Positions 9,742-19,209 of a DNA stretch of 48,555 nucleotides are shown piece after piece (position 1 is the first letter of the stretch; each line of letters starts with the position of its first letter). The notes under the pieces are model-generated. The model ran no database searches, was not told the origin of the DNA, and saw only the letters and a list, made by a program, of their open reading frames with translations. A program made the translations under genes and the position numbers. The stretch is from the NCBI GenBank assembly GCA_963623245.1, contig CAVFKU010000002.1, forward strand, positions 1-48,555, in the 5' to 3' direction. This DNA is from Parabacteroides merdae. GTDB lineage: Bacteria; Actinomycetota; Actinomycetes; Actinomycetales; Bifidobacteriaceae.

Positions 9742-12714
9742 ATGTTGCAGATCAACATGGCTGACGTAATGAACGTGATTGGTTCATTGACGCCGTATCT
9801 TATCGCCATTGGCGTGGTGCTGGTGCTGGCACTGGTGATTACGTTTGCGGTGAACAAGAAAACGGTGGGCAATGTTGCCGTCCGCAAAATCGTTCACTCG
9901 GAATCTTGGCTGGTGGCATTGGTGGCGATTGTTGCTGCCGTTTCTATGATGCTCACCGGCCCGTTGGCGACACTGCTTAACAACGCGACCATCACCAAGT
10001 ATTACCTGTCTGACGACACTATTTCCGCGGCGAATGAGCTGGCCGAGGAAGTGCAGTCCGAAGCTATTACCCTGCTGAAGAATGAGAATTCTAACTTGCC
10101 ATTGTCAAGCAAGAAGGTCAACGTCTTTGGCTGGGCATCCACCAACCCTGTGTACGGCGGCACTGGCTCTGGTTCTATGTCCGACCAGTACTCGACCGTT
10201 TCACTGCTTGAAGGTTTGAAGAATGCTGGCATTGAAACCAATAGCGATTTGAGCAAGCTGTACACCGATTATCGTTCTGACCGCCCTGTGGTGGGTATGT
10301 TCGCTCAGGATTGGACCCTGCCTGAACTGCCGGCCGACCAGTATGGTTCCGCTATTGAGGAGGCCAAGTCTTTCTCTGAAGAAAGCATTGTTGTTATCGG
10401 TCGTGTTGGTGGCGAAGGTGCCGACTTGCCGATGAACATGAAGGCTGAAGGCATCACTTATACCGACAATTCCAAGGATTACGCGGATTTTGAGGATGGC
10501 ACCAGCTTCTTGGAGCTTTCTCAGACTGAGCGCGACATGCTTGATTTGGTGACTTCAAACTTTGAGAATGTCACCTTGGTGTATAACGGCGCAAACACTT
10601 TCCAGCTCGACTTCCTCAAGGATTATCCGCAGATTAAGTCCGTGCTGTGGTGCCCGCCTGCCGGTCAAACCGGTTTCTCTGCTCTGGGCGAGGTGCTCGC
10701 CGGCACAGTGAATCCTTCCGGCAAAACTTCCGACACCTTCCTTAAGGATCTCACCCAGTCCGTGACTTACAACAACTTCGGTGCGTTTGCGTATGACAAT
10801 ACCGAAGAGTTTGCCGTTACCTATAACGGTTTCACCGGCAAGGTCACCGTCGAGCCGACGTTCGTGAACTACACCGAAGGCATCTACGTGGGCTATAAGT
10901 TCTACGAGACTGCTGCGGATGAAGGTCTGATTGATTACGATGCCACTGTGTTATATCCCTTCGGCTATGGCTTGAGCTATACCACCTTCGAACAGGAGAT
11001 GGGCGATGTGACCTATTCCAATGGCAAGGTCAGCTTCGATGTGACCGTGACCAACACCGGCGATACTGCTGGCAAGGATGTGGTTGAGGCTTATTACAAC
11101 CCGCCGTACACCAATGGTGGCATTGAAAAGGCTTCCACTAACTTGGTGGCTTTCGAAAAGACGGGTGTGATTGAACCTGGTGCTTCCGAAACCGTCACGA
11201 TTGAGTTCGACGATGATGACATGGCTTCTTACGATTCCAAGAAGGCCAAGGCCTATGTGCTCGAAGCTGGTGATTACATCGTGTCCATTCAGTCTGATTC
11301 CCACACCACTATTGCCGAGAAGACGGTGAAGGTGGCCAAGACCATCACCTTTGATTCCGAGAGCAACAGCCATGATGGCGACCAGACCGTTGCCACCAAC
11401 CAGTTCGAGGATGCCGAAGGCGACTTGACGTATCTGTCGCGTGCGAACCACTTTGCTAACTATGCGCAAGCTACGGCGGCGCCTACCGACTTCTCGATGT
11501 CCGATGAGGCTAAGGCTGGTTTTGTGAATAACGAGAATTACGATCCGGCTGACTACAACGACGACTCCGACGAGATGCCTACCACTGGCGCTAAGAATGG
11601 TGTGCGTCTGGCTGATTTGACCGGCAAGGATTATGACGATGAGCTGTGGGATGAACTGCTCGACCAGCTTACTTTCACCGAAATGGACAACATCATCGCT
11701 AATGGCGGTTACGGCACTCCCGCGCTCAGCTCTATCGGTAAGATTCAGCTGACTGACGCGGATGGCCCAGCTTCGCTGAACAACAACTTCACCGGTGTTG
11801 GTTCCATCGGCTTCCCTGCTTCCACTGCATTCGCCTGCACTTGGAACAAGGATCTCGCCAAGGAGTTCGGTGAAATGATTGCTCAGATGGCGCATGACAT
11901 GCACGTTGCTGGCTGGTACGCTCCCGCCATGAACATTCACCGCAACGCGTTCTCTGGACGTACTTTCGAGTACTTCTCCGAAGATCCGGTGCTGTCGGGC
12001 TTCATGGCTGCCAATCAGGTCAAGGGTGCTCAGGATAACGGCGTGTATGCGTTCATCAAGCATTTCGCTTTGAACGATCAGGAAACCAACCGCACTAACA
12101 TGCTGTGCACGTGGGCCAACGAGCAGTCCATCCGTGAAATCTATCTGCGCCCGTTCGAGATGGCAGTCAAGGATGGTGGCGCTACCGCAGTGATGAGCTC
12201 GTTCAACTACATCGGCAATGTTTACGCTGGCGCTGATTCCCGTCTGCTGCAGACTGTGTTGCGTGACGAGTGGGGCTTCCGTGGCTTCGTGCTGACCGAC
12301 TACTTCGCCGGTTATGGCTACCAGAATGCCGATCAGGAAATCCGCAATGGCAACGACTCGATGTTGGCCACCACGTCCATCACCAACCATGTGACGGACA
12401 AGTCCGCTACCTCGCTGCAGGCGATGCGCACTGCGGCTCACAACATTCTCTACGCCACCGCTAATAGCTGGCAGTATGAGGATGGCGAACCAGTGGTTGT
12501 CACTCCGATTTGGCGCACTGCAATGTATGTGGCTTGGGGTGTGACTGCTGTGCTGTTCCTCGGCTTGAGTGCCGTGAGCATCATGAAGTTCGCTAAGCGC
12601 CGCAAGGTTGTTGCAGTTGTCGAAACCGAAGCACCTGTTGCTGAAGGTATCGAAACCGTTGAAACTGTTGAAGCGAGCGAAACTGCCGAAACTGAAACAC
12701 CTGCTGAGGTCTGA
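9742..12714 (+). CDS. Membrane-anchored GH3 beta-glucosidase, permuted domain order
   Basis: Two N-terminal TM helices; C-type domain first (LLKN, YTEGIYVGYKFYET, YPFGYGLSYT); barrel domain later (GRTFEYFSEDP, KHFALN, VLTDY); C-terminal TM followed by KRRK; SD AAGGAG. Confidence 0.93.
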   Translation: MLQINMADVMNVIGSLTPYLIAIGVVLVLALVITFAVNKKTVGNVAVRKIVHSESWLVALVAIVAAVSMMLTGPLATLLNNATITKYYLSDDTISAANELAEEVQSEAITLLKNENSNLPLSSKKVNVFGWASTNPVYGGTGSGSMSDQYSTVSLLEGLKNAGIETNSDLSKLYTDYRSDRPVVGMFAQDWTLPELPADQYGSAIEEAKSFSEESIVVIGRVGGEGADLPMNMKAEGITYTDNSKDYADFEDGTSFLELSQTERDMLDLVTSNFENVTLVYNGANTFQLDFLKDYPQIKSVLWCPPAGQTGFSALGEVLAGTVNPSGKTSDTFLKDLTQSVTYNNFGAFAYDNTEEFAVTYNGFTGKVTVEPTFVNYTEGIYVGYKFYETAADEGLIDYDATVLYPFGYGLSYTTFEQEMGDVTYSNGKVSFDVTVTNTGDTAGKDVVEAYYNPPYTNGGIEKASTNLVAFEKTGVIEPGASETVTIEFDDDDMASYDSKKAKAYVLEAGDYIVSIQSDSHTTIAEKTVKVAKTITFDSESNSHDGDQTVATNQFEDAEGDLTYLSRANHFANYAQATAAPTDFSMSDEAKAGFVNNENYDPADYNDDSDEMPTTGAKNGVRLADLTGKDYDDELWDELLDQLTFTEMDNIIANGGYGTPALSSIGKIQLTDADGPASLNNNFTGVGSIGFPASTAFACTWNKDLAKEFGEMIAQMAHDMHVAGWYAPAMNIHRNAFSGRTFEYFSEDPVLSGFMAANQVKGAQDNGVYAFIKHFALNDQETNRTNMLCTWANEQSIREIYLRPFEMAVKDGGATAVMSSFNYIGNVYAGADSRLLQTVLRDEWGFRGFVLTDYFAGYGYQNADQEIRNGNDSMLATTSITNHVTDKSATSLQAMRTAAHNILYATANSWQYEDGEPVVVTPIWRTAMYVAWGVTAVLFLGLSAVSIMKFAKRRKVVAVVETEAPVAEGIETVETVEASETAETETPAEV

Positions 12715-12740
12715 TTTCTAGACCTGCTGTTTGGTGATTG

Positions 12741-12775
12741 AAGAGCCTGCGATCTGCAATTGGTCGCAGGCTTTT
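12741..12775 (+). terminator. Intrinsic terminator after first GH3 gene
   Basis: AAGAGCCTGCGATC...GGTCGCAGGCTTTT stem-loop with T tail. Confidence 0.75.
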
Positions 12776-12787
12776 CTCATATATAAG

Positions 12788-12859
12788 CGTGAGTAAAAAC
12801 TGTGAGTAAAACCGTGACCAAAAGTGCGGTCAAAACTGTAATTTAAAACCGTAACCAAT
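12788..12859. repeat. Degenerate 12-13 bp tandem repeat (~6 units) with phased A-tracts
   Basis: CGTGAGTAAAAAC / TGTGAGTAAAAC / CGTGACCAAAAG / TGCGGTCAAAAC / TGTAATTTAAAAC / CGTAACCAAT. Confidence 0.7.
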
Positions 12860-12861
12860 CG

Positions 12862-12892
12862 TGCCATAAAGCTGACAGGTTGTGTAGGCAGA
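12862..12892 (+). promoter_or_regulatory. Second copy of candidate LytTR-regulated promoter motif
   Basis: TGCC-N7-TGACAGGYTGTG-N4-CAGA shared with 9565-9595. Confidence 0.5.
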
Positions 12893-13017
12893 GGAATGTG
12901 CAGGGCTTATGCCTGATTCAATGAGAATATCGACGTTCTTAGTGCGCGAAGTCGCGCATGAGCCGATCATAGACGATCTCGGATGAGATGGACGATACCA
13001 GTGCAAGGGAGACGAAG

Positions 13018-15477
13018 ATGGAAGTCGAACAGCTTTCAGTCACCGAGAAGGCGGCGTTGCTTTCAGGCGCCAGTGAATGGGATTCACGCGGCAATGAAAA
13101 AGCCGACATCCCTAGTTTTGTGATGAGCGACGGCCCGCACGGCGTGCGTCGGCAAATGGGTGCAGGAGATCATTTAGGTCTTGGCGCTTCCAAGCCCGCC
13201 ACTTGTTACCCCACTGCAGCAACCGTGGCCTGCTCCTGGGATCCTGAGCTTGCTGAAGAGATGGGCGAAACATTGGGTCGTGAAGCACACGATTTGGATG
13301 TGAACGTGCTGCTTGGCCCTGGCATGAATATCAAGCGCAACCCGCTGTGCGGTCGCAACTTCGAGTATTATTCCGAAGATCCGATTGTCACTGGGCGTAT
13401 GGCTGCCGGCCTGATTCGCGGCATCCAGTCGAATGGAGTGAGTGCTTGCCCCAAGCATTTTGCAGTGAATAGCCAGGAGTTGCGCCGCCAGGCTTCTAAT
13501 TCTGTGATTGACGATCGCACTATGCGCGAGCTGTATTTAACAGCTTTTGAAATTGTGGTGCGCGAAGCTCAGCCGAACACCATTATGACCTCCTACAACC
13601 AAATCAATGGTGTATATGCGCATGAGAACCCGCATCTACTCAAAGATATTCTGCGTGGCGAATGGGGTTTTGATGGCATGGTTGTTTCCGACTGGGGCGG
13701 TTCCAATTCTGCCGTTGCTGCGGTGAAGGCAGGCGGAACGCTTGAAATGCCTTCGCCTGGATTTACTTCCACACGTGAACTTGTGGCCGCTGTCAAGGCT
13801 GGTACGTTGGCTGAAGCTGATTTGAATGCCCGTGCTGCGGAAATCGCCAAGATTGCACGAATCACCAAGTTCACCGGCGTAGGCCGCGAGGATTTGCTGA
13901 AGGATGATGCGATTGCAGCCGGTCATGCTATGGCTCGAAAAGTTGCCGAAGGTTCGTTCGTCTTGTTGAAGAACGATGCTCCCGCAGCCGGTGCTGCAGC
14001 TGGTGGCAAAACAGTCGCACCAGTGCTGCCACTCGCCGCTGGCACTCGTGTGGCCGTCATTGGTGACATGGCTGCAACCCCGCGCTACCAAGGCTCCGGC
14101 TCTTCCAAGGTCAATGCCACCCGTGAGGAAAATCTGCTGGATGAACTGAAGAATTCCAGCAAGCTCACTGTCACCGGCTATGCCCAAGGCTACGACCGTC
14201 AAGGTGCAGTCAATAACACATTGGAAAACGAGGCTCTTGCGCTCGCCTCCCGCGACGACGTGGATGTGATACTCGCTGTTGTCGGGCTGGACGAACGCAG
14301 CGAATCCGAGGGGCTTGATCGCTTCGGCATGGCCATTCCCACCGTGCAGAATGAACTGGTCAGCGCGCTCGCCGCCACTGACAAGCCCGTGGTCGTTCTG
14401 CTGGTGTCCGGCTCGCCGGTCGAGTTGCCGTGGGTTGACGATGTGACCGCCATGCTCTATATGGCTCTGTGTGGTCAGGCTGGAGCATCCGCTGCAGTGA
14501 ACATACTGACCGGTGCTGTGAACCCTTCCGGCCATCTGGCAGAAACCTGGCCAATCGCCTATGAGGATTGCCCGTCCTCCGGCTGGTATCCAGCTCCTGG
14601 CCGTGATGCCATTTACCGTGAAGGCCCCTTCGTTGGTTACCGCTATTACAAAACCGCCGGTGTGCCCGTGCGCTATCCCTTCGGCTACGGCCTGAGCTAT
14701 GCCACATTCGCATATTCCGACTTGAATGTGGACGATGAAGGCGTCACCTTCACCATCACCAACACCTCCGATATTGCTGGCGCAACCGTCGCGCAACTGT
14801 ACGTGCGCGGTCCCAAGGCCGGCGTACTGCGCTCGAACCGTGAACTCAAAGGCTTTGCCAAAGTCTTCCTTGAAGCTGGGCAAACCAAGCAAGTGCGCAT
14901 CGAATTCGACCGCTACACCTTCCGTCATTTCGATGTGGCTTCCAATGCTTGGCAAACCGAGTCTGGCATGTGGTCCATCATGGTCGGCACCGATGTTGAG
15001 CATCTGCCGCTTGAAGTTATTACGTCAATCAATGGCACGATTGACCCACAGCCTGCTGCCCCTGCGCTTGGCGCATATTTGAGCGGCAAGGTTAAAGAAG
15101 CAACCGATGCCGATATGACTGCACTGTTCGGCCACGAGGTTATCGCCCCCGGCAAGCCCACTACGTTCGGTGTGAACGACCCGATTTCTGCTTGGGTGGA
15201 TTCCAAGGGGTTCGTGGCTCGCACCGTGGCGCGCACACTCATCAGCCGTGAGCGGAAAATCCGCGAGAAAACCGGCCAGCCAGACTTGAACACCCTCTTC
15301 ATCCTCAATATGCCGCCGCGCGCAATGAGCAAGATGACACAAGGCATGGTTGACTCCGCAATGGTTGACGCCATCCTCAAGATTGCCAACGGACACACGT
15401 TCCGAGGCCTAGGCGGTTTGATTGCCGGTTTCTTGCGTAACCAATCCGCTAACAAGCGCACCGCAGCCGAACTGTAA
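13018..15477 (+). CDS. Cytoplasmic GH3 beta-glucosidase (canonical domain order)
   Basis: SDGPHGVR, GRNFEYYSEDP, KHFAVN, VVSDWG nucleophile motif, YPFGYGLSY, Fn3-like RELKGF; no TM segment. Start at ATG 13018 behind GGGGAG (alternative 12988). Confidence 0.94.
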   Translation: MEVEQLSVTEKAALLSGASEWDSRGNEKADIPSFVMSDGPHGVRRQMGAGDHLGLGASKPATCYPTAATVACSWDPELAEEMGETLGREAHDLDVNVLLGPGMNIKRNPLCGRNFEYYSEDPIVTGRMAAGLIRGIQSNGVSACPKHFAVNSQELRRQASNSVIDDRTMRELYLTAFEIVVREAQPNTIMTSYNQINGVYAHENPHLLKDILRGEWGFDGMVVSDWGGSNSAVAAVKAGGTLEMPSPGFTSTRELVAAVKAGTLAEADLNARAAEIAKIARITKFTGVGREDLLKDDAIAAGHAMARKVAEGSFVLLKNDAPAAGAAAGGKTVAPVLPLAAGTRVAVIGDMAATPRYQGSGSSKVNATREENLLDELKNSSKLTVTGYAQGYDRQGAVNNTLENEALALASRDDVDVILAVVGLDERSESEGLDRFGMAIPTVQNELVSALAATDKPVVVLLVSGSPVELPWVDDVTAMLYMALCGQAGASAAVNILTGAVNPSGHLAETWPIAYEDCPSSGWYPAPGRDAIYREGPFVGYRYYKTAGVPVRYPFGYGLSYATFAYSDLNVDDEGVTFTITNTSDIAGATVAQLYVRGPKAGVLRSNRELKGFAKVFLEAGQTKQVRIEFDRYTFRHFDVASNAWQTESGMWSIMVGTDVEHLPLEVITSINGTIDPQPAAPALGAYLSGKVKEATDADMTALFGHEVIAPGKPTTFGVNDPISAWVDSKGFVARTVARTLISRERKIREKTGQPDLNTLFILNMPPRAMSKMTQGMVDSAMVDAILKIANGHTFRGLGGLIAGFLRNQSANKRTAAEL

Positions 15478-15521
15478 CCAATCTGTATAACCTTACGATT
15501 TACCAGTAAAAGGAGCCAACA

Positions 15522-16061
15522 ATGAGTGACATCAACACTGCAGAAGAAACCAAGAAGCTCGGGCCCATCCGTCAGTGGATTAAGGATCATCCCAACATCT
15601 GGGAATTCATCCTGTTCAACCTGCTGTCGAACATCTCCACCATCACCCGATTCGTAGTGACATGGATTGGCACCGCCATTTTCATCAGCGCCATGGGTTT
15701 GACTCAGCCGTTCCACTTCCTGATTTTTAATTACGACACCAACGGCAATGGTTTGGGCGGTTTTTTGACCTTCCTGTTTGCTGAGGTGCTGGCTCAGGTA
15801 GTCAACTTCTTCGTGCAGATGAAGTGGGTGTTCAAGTCTGATTCCTCCTTCAAGGACGCCGCTTGGAAGTATGTGATTCTTGCGGTGATTGTCGTGGTGG
15901 TGAACCTCGTGCTGCCAGGATATGTGACCGGCCTGTGCCAAGGCTGGGGCATGAATGCCGGTATCGCTGGCACAATCGCCTCCGTGGTCAACACCCTGCT
16001 CGCCGTTGTGGTGAGCTATCCCCTGCTCAAGTTCTGGGTTATGCCCAAGAACAGCAAGTGA
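15522..16061 (+). CDS. Small multi-TM membrane protein, GtrA-like
   Basis: About four hydrophobic helices with NFFVQMKWVFKS and SYPLLKFWVM, resembling GtrA repeats; SD AAAGGAG. Confidence 0.7.
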   Translation: MSDINTAEETKKLGPIRQWIKDHPNIWEFILFNLLSNISTITRFVVTWIGTAIFISAMGLTQPFHFLIFNYDTNGNGLGGFLTFLFAEVLAQVVNFFVQMKWVFKSDSSFKDAAWKYVILAVIVVVVNLVLPGYVTGLCQGWGMNAGIAGTIASVVNTLLAVVVSYPLLKFWVMPKNSK

Positions 16062-16082
16062 GGTAGTTGTTCTGTTGATGTG

Positions 16083-16135
16083 AACCGCACCTGTTTGGCG
16101 ACTACAATTTCTTTAGTCACCAAACGGGTGCGGTT
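16083..16135 (+). terminator. Long (22-bp) imperfect hairpin ending the glycosidase operon
   Basis: AACCGCACCTGTTTGGCGACTA / TAGTCACCAAACGGGTGCGGTT inverted repeat, followed by T-rich sequence. Confidence 0.65.
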
Positions 16136-16188
16136 TGCATTTATCTTGAATTAATGCTCGCCTGTCCCCGTTGTCTGCCGCTGGCTAT

Positions 16189-16216
16189 TTGACGAGTCGG
16201 ATATGACGTGTATAGT
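16189..16216 (+). promoter_or_regulatory. sigma-A-like promoter for msiK
   Basis: TTGACG-N16-TATAGT. Confidence 0.6.
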
Positions 16217-16340
16217 GGGCAACAGGCTCAATGGGGAGATTCCTCGAAGAACCTAACCAAATAAGTAAACGCCGATGTTTGCGGTTTGCTTGAAGGTTGC
16301 AGTGATGCAGCCCGAAGGCGCACAAATTGAAGCAAGGTAA

Positions 16341-16396
16341 TCCCTTTACAACGGATCGTGAGGCACGTACCTGCCTCTGAAAGGATTGAAATTATG
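16341..16396 (+). ncRNA. msiK RNA motif (cis-regulatory leader)
   Basis: CCCTTTACAACGGATCGTGAGGCACGTACCTGCCTCTGAAAGGA directly before msiK. GAGGCA/TGCCTC stem; CCTTT can pair with the SD AAAGG. Matches the actinobacterial msiK motif as recalled. Confidence 0.8.
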
Positions 16397-17521
16397 GCAG
16401 AAGTCGTTTTCGACCACGTCACTCGTATCTACCCGGGCAATGACAAGCCCTCTGTGGATGATCTGAATCTTACTATTCAGGATGGTGAGTTCCTTGTGCT
16501 CGTCGGCCCGTCCGGCTGCGGCAAGTCCACCACCCTGCGCATGCTTGCTGGTCTTGAGGAAGTGAACAAGGGCAGCATTCGTATTGGTGATAAGGACGTC
16601 ACCACCATGCAGCCGAAGGATCGCGACATCGCTATGGTGTTCCAGAACTACGCGCTGTATCCGCACATGACCGTTGCCGACAACATGGGCTTCGCCCTGA
16701 AGATCGCCGGCACTCCGAAGGAAGAGATCCGCAAGCGCGTCGAGGAAGCCGCCAAGATTCTCGACTTGACGGAATACCTCGATCGCAAGCCGAAGGCTCT
16801 GTCTGGTGGTCAGCGTCAGCGTGTGGCCATGGGTCGCGCCATCGTGCGTAAGCCGAAGGTCTTCCTCATGGACGAGCCGCTGTCCAACTTGGACGCGAAG
16901 CTGCGCGTGCAGACCCGTACCCAGATTGCCGCTCTGCAGCGTCAGCTGGGTGTCACCACCCTGTACGTGACCCACGACCAGACCGAGGCTCTGACGATGG
17001 GCGACCGCATCGCCGTTATCAAGCTGGGCATCCTGCAGCAGGTCGGTGCTCCGACCGAGCTGTACGACAAGCCAGCCAATGTCTTCGTCGCTGGCTTCAT
17101 CGGCTCCCCGTCGATGAACCTCAACACCCATCCGGTGGTCAACGGCAAGGCGAAGATCGGCGAGGACACCGTCGAGCTGCCCGCCGAGGCCGTCAACAAG
17201 CTGACCGCTGAGGACAATGGCCAGATTGTCGTCGGCTTCCGTCCGGAAGACGCCAACCTTGCTCCGGCCGATGACCCGAACGCGTTCTCGCTGAAGGTCG
17301 TCAACGTCGAGGATCTCGGCTCCGACGGCTACATCTACGGCAACATCATCACCGATGGCTCCGCCGCCGAGGCCACCCAGGTCATGTCCGATCAGAACAA
17401 GCTCACCACGGTTCGTGTGAACCCGCGTGTGCTGCCGAAGGTCGGTGACACCGTCAAGATCAAGATCGACCCAGCCAAGATGCACCTGTTCGCTCCCTCG
17501 ACCGAGCTGCGTCTGAACTAA
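16394..17521 (+). CDS. msiK: Shared sugar ABC transporter ATP-binding protein MsiK
   Basis: [42 protein letters not shown]; strong codon bias; no adjacent permease genes. Confidence 0.95.
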   Translation: MAEVVFDHVTRIYPGNDKPSVDDLNLTIQDGEFLVLVGPSGCGKSTTLRMLAGLEEVNKGSIRIGDKDVTTMQPKDRDIAMVFQNYALYPHMTVADNMGFALKIAGTPKEEIRKRVEEAAKILDLTEYLDRKPKALSGGQRQRVAMGRAIVRKPKVFLMDEPLSNLDAKLRVQTRTQIAALQRQLGVTTLYVTHDQTEALTMGDRIAVIKLGILQQVGAPTELYDKPANVFVAGFIGSPSMNLNTHPVVNGKAKIGEDTVELPAEAVNKLTAEDNGQIVVGFRPEDANLAPADDPNAFSLKVVNVEDLGSDGYIYGNIITDGSAAEATQVMSDQNKLTTVRVNPRVLPKVGDTVKIKIDPAKMHLFAPSTELRLN

Positions 17522-17528
17522 GTCGAGT

Positions 17529-17645
17529 GACCAACCGCTGAGCTTCGGTTTGGCGGGTGGTTGATACCATACTTGGCTGAGCCGCAACAGGTTCGGTCAA
17601 CCATTAAACGAGACGTTCTCTCTTCCTCTCTAACCGTCTCGTTGG
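17529..17645 (+). ncRNA. Structured 3' region of msiK (candidate 3'-derived sRNA)
   Basis: Three consecutive hairpins: cUUCGg-capped (17529-17562), GU-rich (17573-17600), and a 9-bp stem with a 19-nt C/U loop (17607-17643), preceding the terminator. Confidence 0.45.
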
Positions 17646-17677
17646 AGAAGCCCCGCTACGAAGCGGGGCTTCTTTTG
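17646..17677 (+). terminator. Intrinsic terminator
   Basis: AGAAGCCCCGCT-acga-AGCGGGGCTTCT followed by TTT. Confidence 0.85.
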
Positions 17678-17736
17678 TTCGTCATTTGCTTGACCCTAGA
17701 ACAAGTCGGGTGGTGGCATGGTTAGAATTGGAAATC

Positions 17737-19155
17737 ATGATGCAAGCTTCCCTGAATATATCGCAGTTGGACCCGCGAGCGGCAAAGGCCACATCCGTCA
17801 CCGCGGAGGATGAGCACGATAACTCCATCGAACCGCAGGCTTTGACCATCACTGCTGCAAGCTCAAACCCGAAGATGTTCACGCTGCCTTGGCATCAGCC
17901 GCTTGCCACTTGGCCCAAGGATTTGCTGGCTAATTTGCCGCGAGGTATTTCACGCCATGTGGTGCGTTTTGTGCATGTGGGCAATGATGTGTATGCGATG
18001 AAGGAAATCACGCGTCAAATGGCCGAGCGCGAATACGAGATTTTGCGCCGTGTGCAGAAGCTCGAACTGCCCGCTGTCACGCCAATCGCCGTCGTTACTG
18101 GTCGTCACGACAGGAACGGTGAGCCGCTCGAAGCGATTCTGGTTACCAAACACCTGAAGTTCTCCCTGCCATATCGTGCCCTGTTCGCGCGCAACCTGCG
18201 CCCTGACACTGCGGAACGTCTGATTGACGCGCTGGCTGTGTTGATGGTTCGGTTGCACTTGAGCGGGTTTTATTGGGGTGACGTGTCGCTGTCAAACGTG
18301 CTGTTCTTGCGTGATGCTGATGCCTTCTCCGCGTGGCTGGTGGACGCCGAAACCGGCGATTTGCAACTGAACCTCACCGAAGGCCAGCGCGAATACGACA
18401 TCGATCTGGCACGCACCAACATCATCGGCGAACTGATGGATCTCGCTTCCGGCCAACTATTGCCTGGCGAAGTGGACGAAATCGAAATCGGCGACCGACT
18501 GGTCGAGCGCTACCACTCACTGTGGAGCACGTTGACCGACACCGATAAGTTTAGCCCTGACGAAATGTGGAAGATCGAGAAGCGCGTCGACAAGCTCAAC
18601 GAATTGGGTTTCGACGTGGACGAGCTGGAGATGAAAACCGCCGAGGATGGCAAGCGCGTTCTGGTGCGTCCGCGTGTGGTCGATGCCGGATATGCCTCGC
18701 GCAAGCTGCTGCGTTTGACCGGCCTTGATGTGCAGGAGAATCAGGCGCGACGCCTGTTGAACGATTTGGACGCGTATCGCGCCTCCACATGGCGTGAGGG
18801 CGAGGAGTTGGAAATTGTCGCCACCGATTGGATGCGTGAGGTGTTCGAGCCGACGGTGCGCATGATTCCGCGCGAATACCGTTCGCAGATCGAACCGGCT
18901 CAGTTCTTCCACGAGGTGCTGACGCATCGCTGGTATTTAGCCGAGCAGGCCGGTCACGATGTGCCAATGGCCGAAGCAGTCAAGAGTTATATCAAAGACG
19001 TGCTGCCCAGCTACAAACTGGACAAGAAGGACATTGACGCACTTCTCGAAGAGGCCGATGCAGGCGTCATTGACGACGAGTTTTCATACAACGACCCTGA
19101 CGACGACGGATACAACCCCGACGACGACCCCGACGCGGCGGTCTGGAGCCACTGA
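17737..19155 (+). CDS. DUF4032-domain kinase-like protein
   Basis: LPRGISRHVVRF, WGDVSLSNVLF..DA, LVDAETG, HEVL.HRWYL; conserved msiK neighbour in actinobacteria. Start placed at ATG 17737. Confidence 0.85.
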   Translation: MMQASLNISQLDPRAAKATSVTAEDEHDNSIEPQALTITAASSNPKMFTLPWHQPLATWPKDLLANLPRGISRHVVRFVHVGNDVYAMKEITRQMAEREYEILRRVQKLELPAVTPIAVVTGRHDRNGEPLEAILVTKHLKFSLPYRALFARNLRPDTAERLIDALAVLMVRLHLSGFYWGDVSLSNVLFLRDADAFSAWLVDAETGDLQLNLTEGQREYDIDLARTNIIGELMDLASGQLLPGEVDEIEIGDRLVERYHSLWSTLTDTDKFSPDEMWKIEKRVDKLNELGFDVDELEMKTAEDGKRVLVRPRVVDAGYASRKLLRLTGLDVQENQARRLLNDLDAYRASTWREGEELEIVATDWMREVFEPTVRMIPREYRSQIEPAQFFHEVLTHRWYLAEQAGHDVPMAEAVKSYIKDVLPSYKLDKKDIDALLEEADAGVIDDEFSYNDPDDDGYNPDDDPDAAVWSH

Positions 19156-19209
19156 CTTCGGTTGCCTCCCCCGTCATTTCGGGTGGGCTTTGTATAGGCG
19201 ATGGGAGCG

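Noticed and set aside
3602..15003. Long antisense ORFs (e.g. 3602-5083, 5177-6193, 10951-12441, 13636-15003, and similar ones later)
   Set aside because: They are shadows of well-supported genes caused by GC-rich codon bias; no motifs or RBS.
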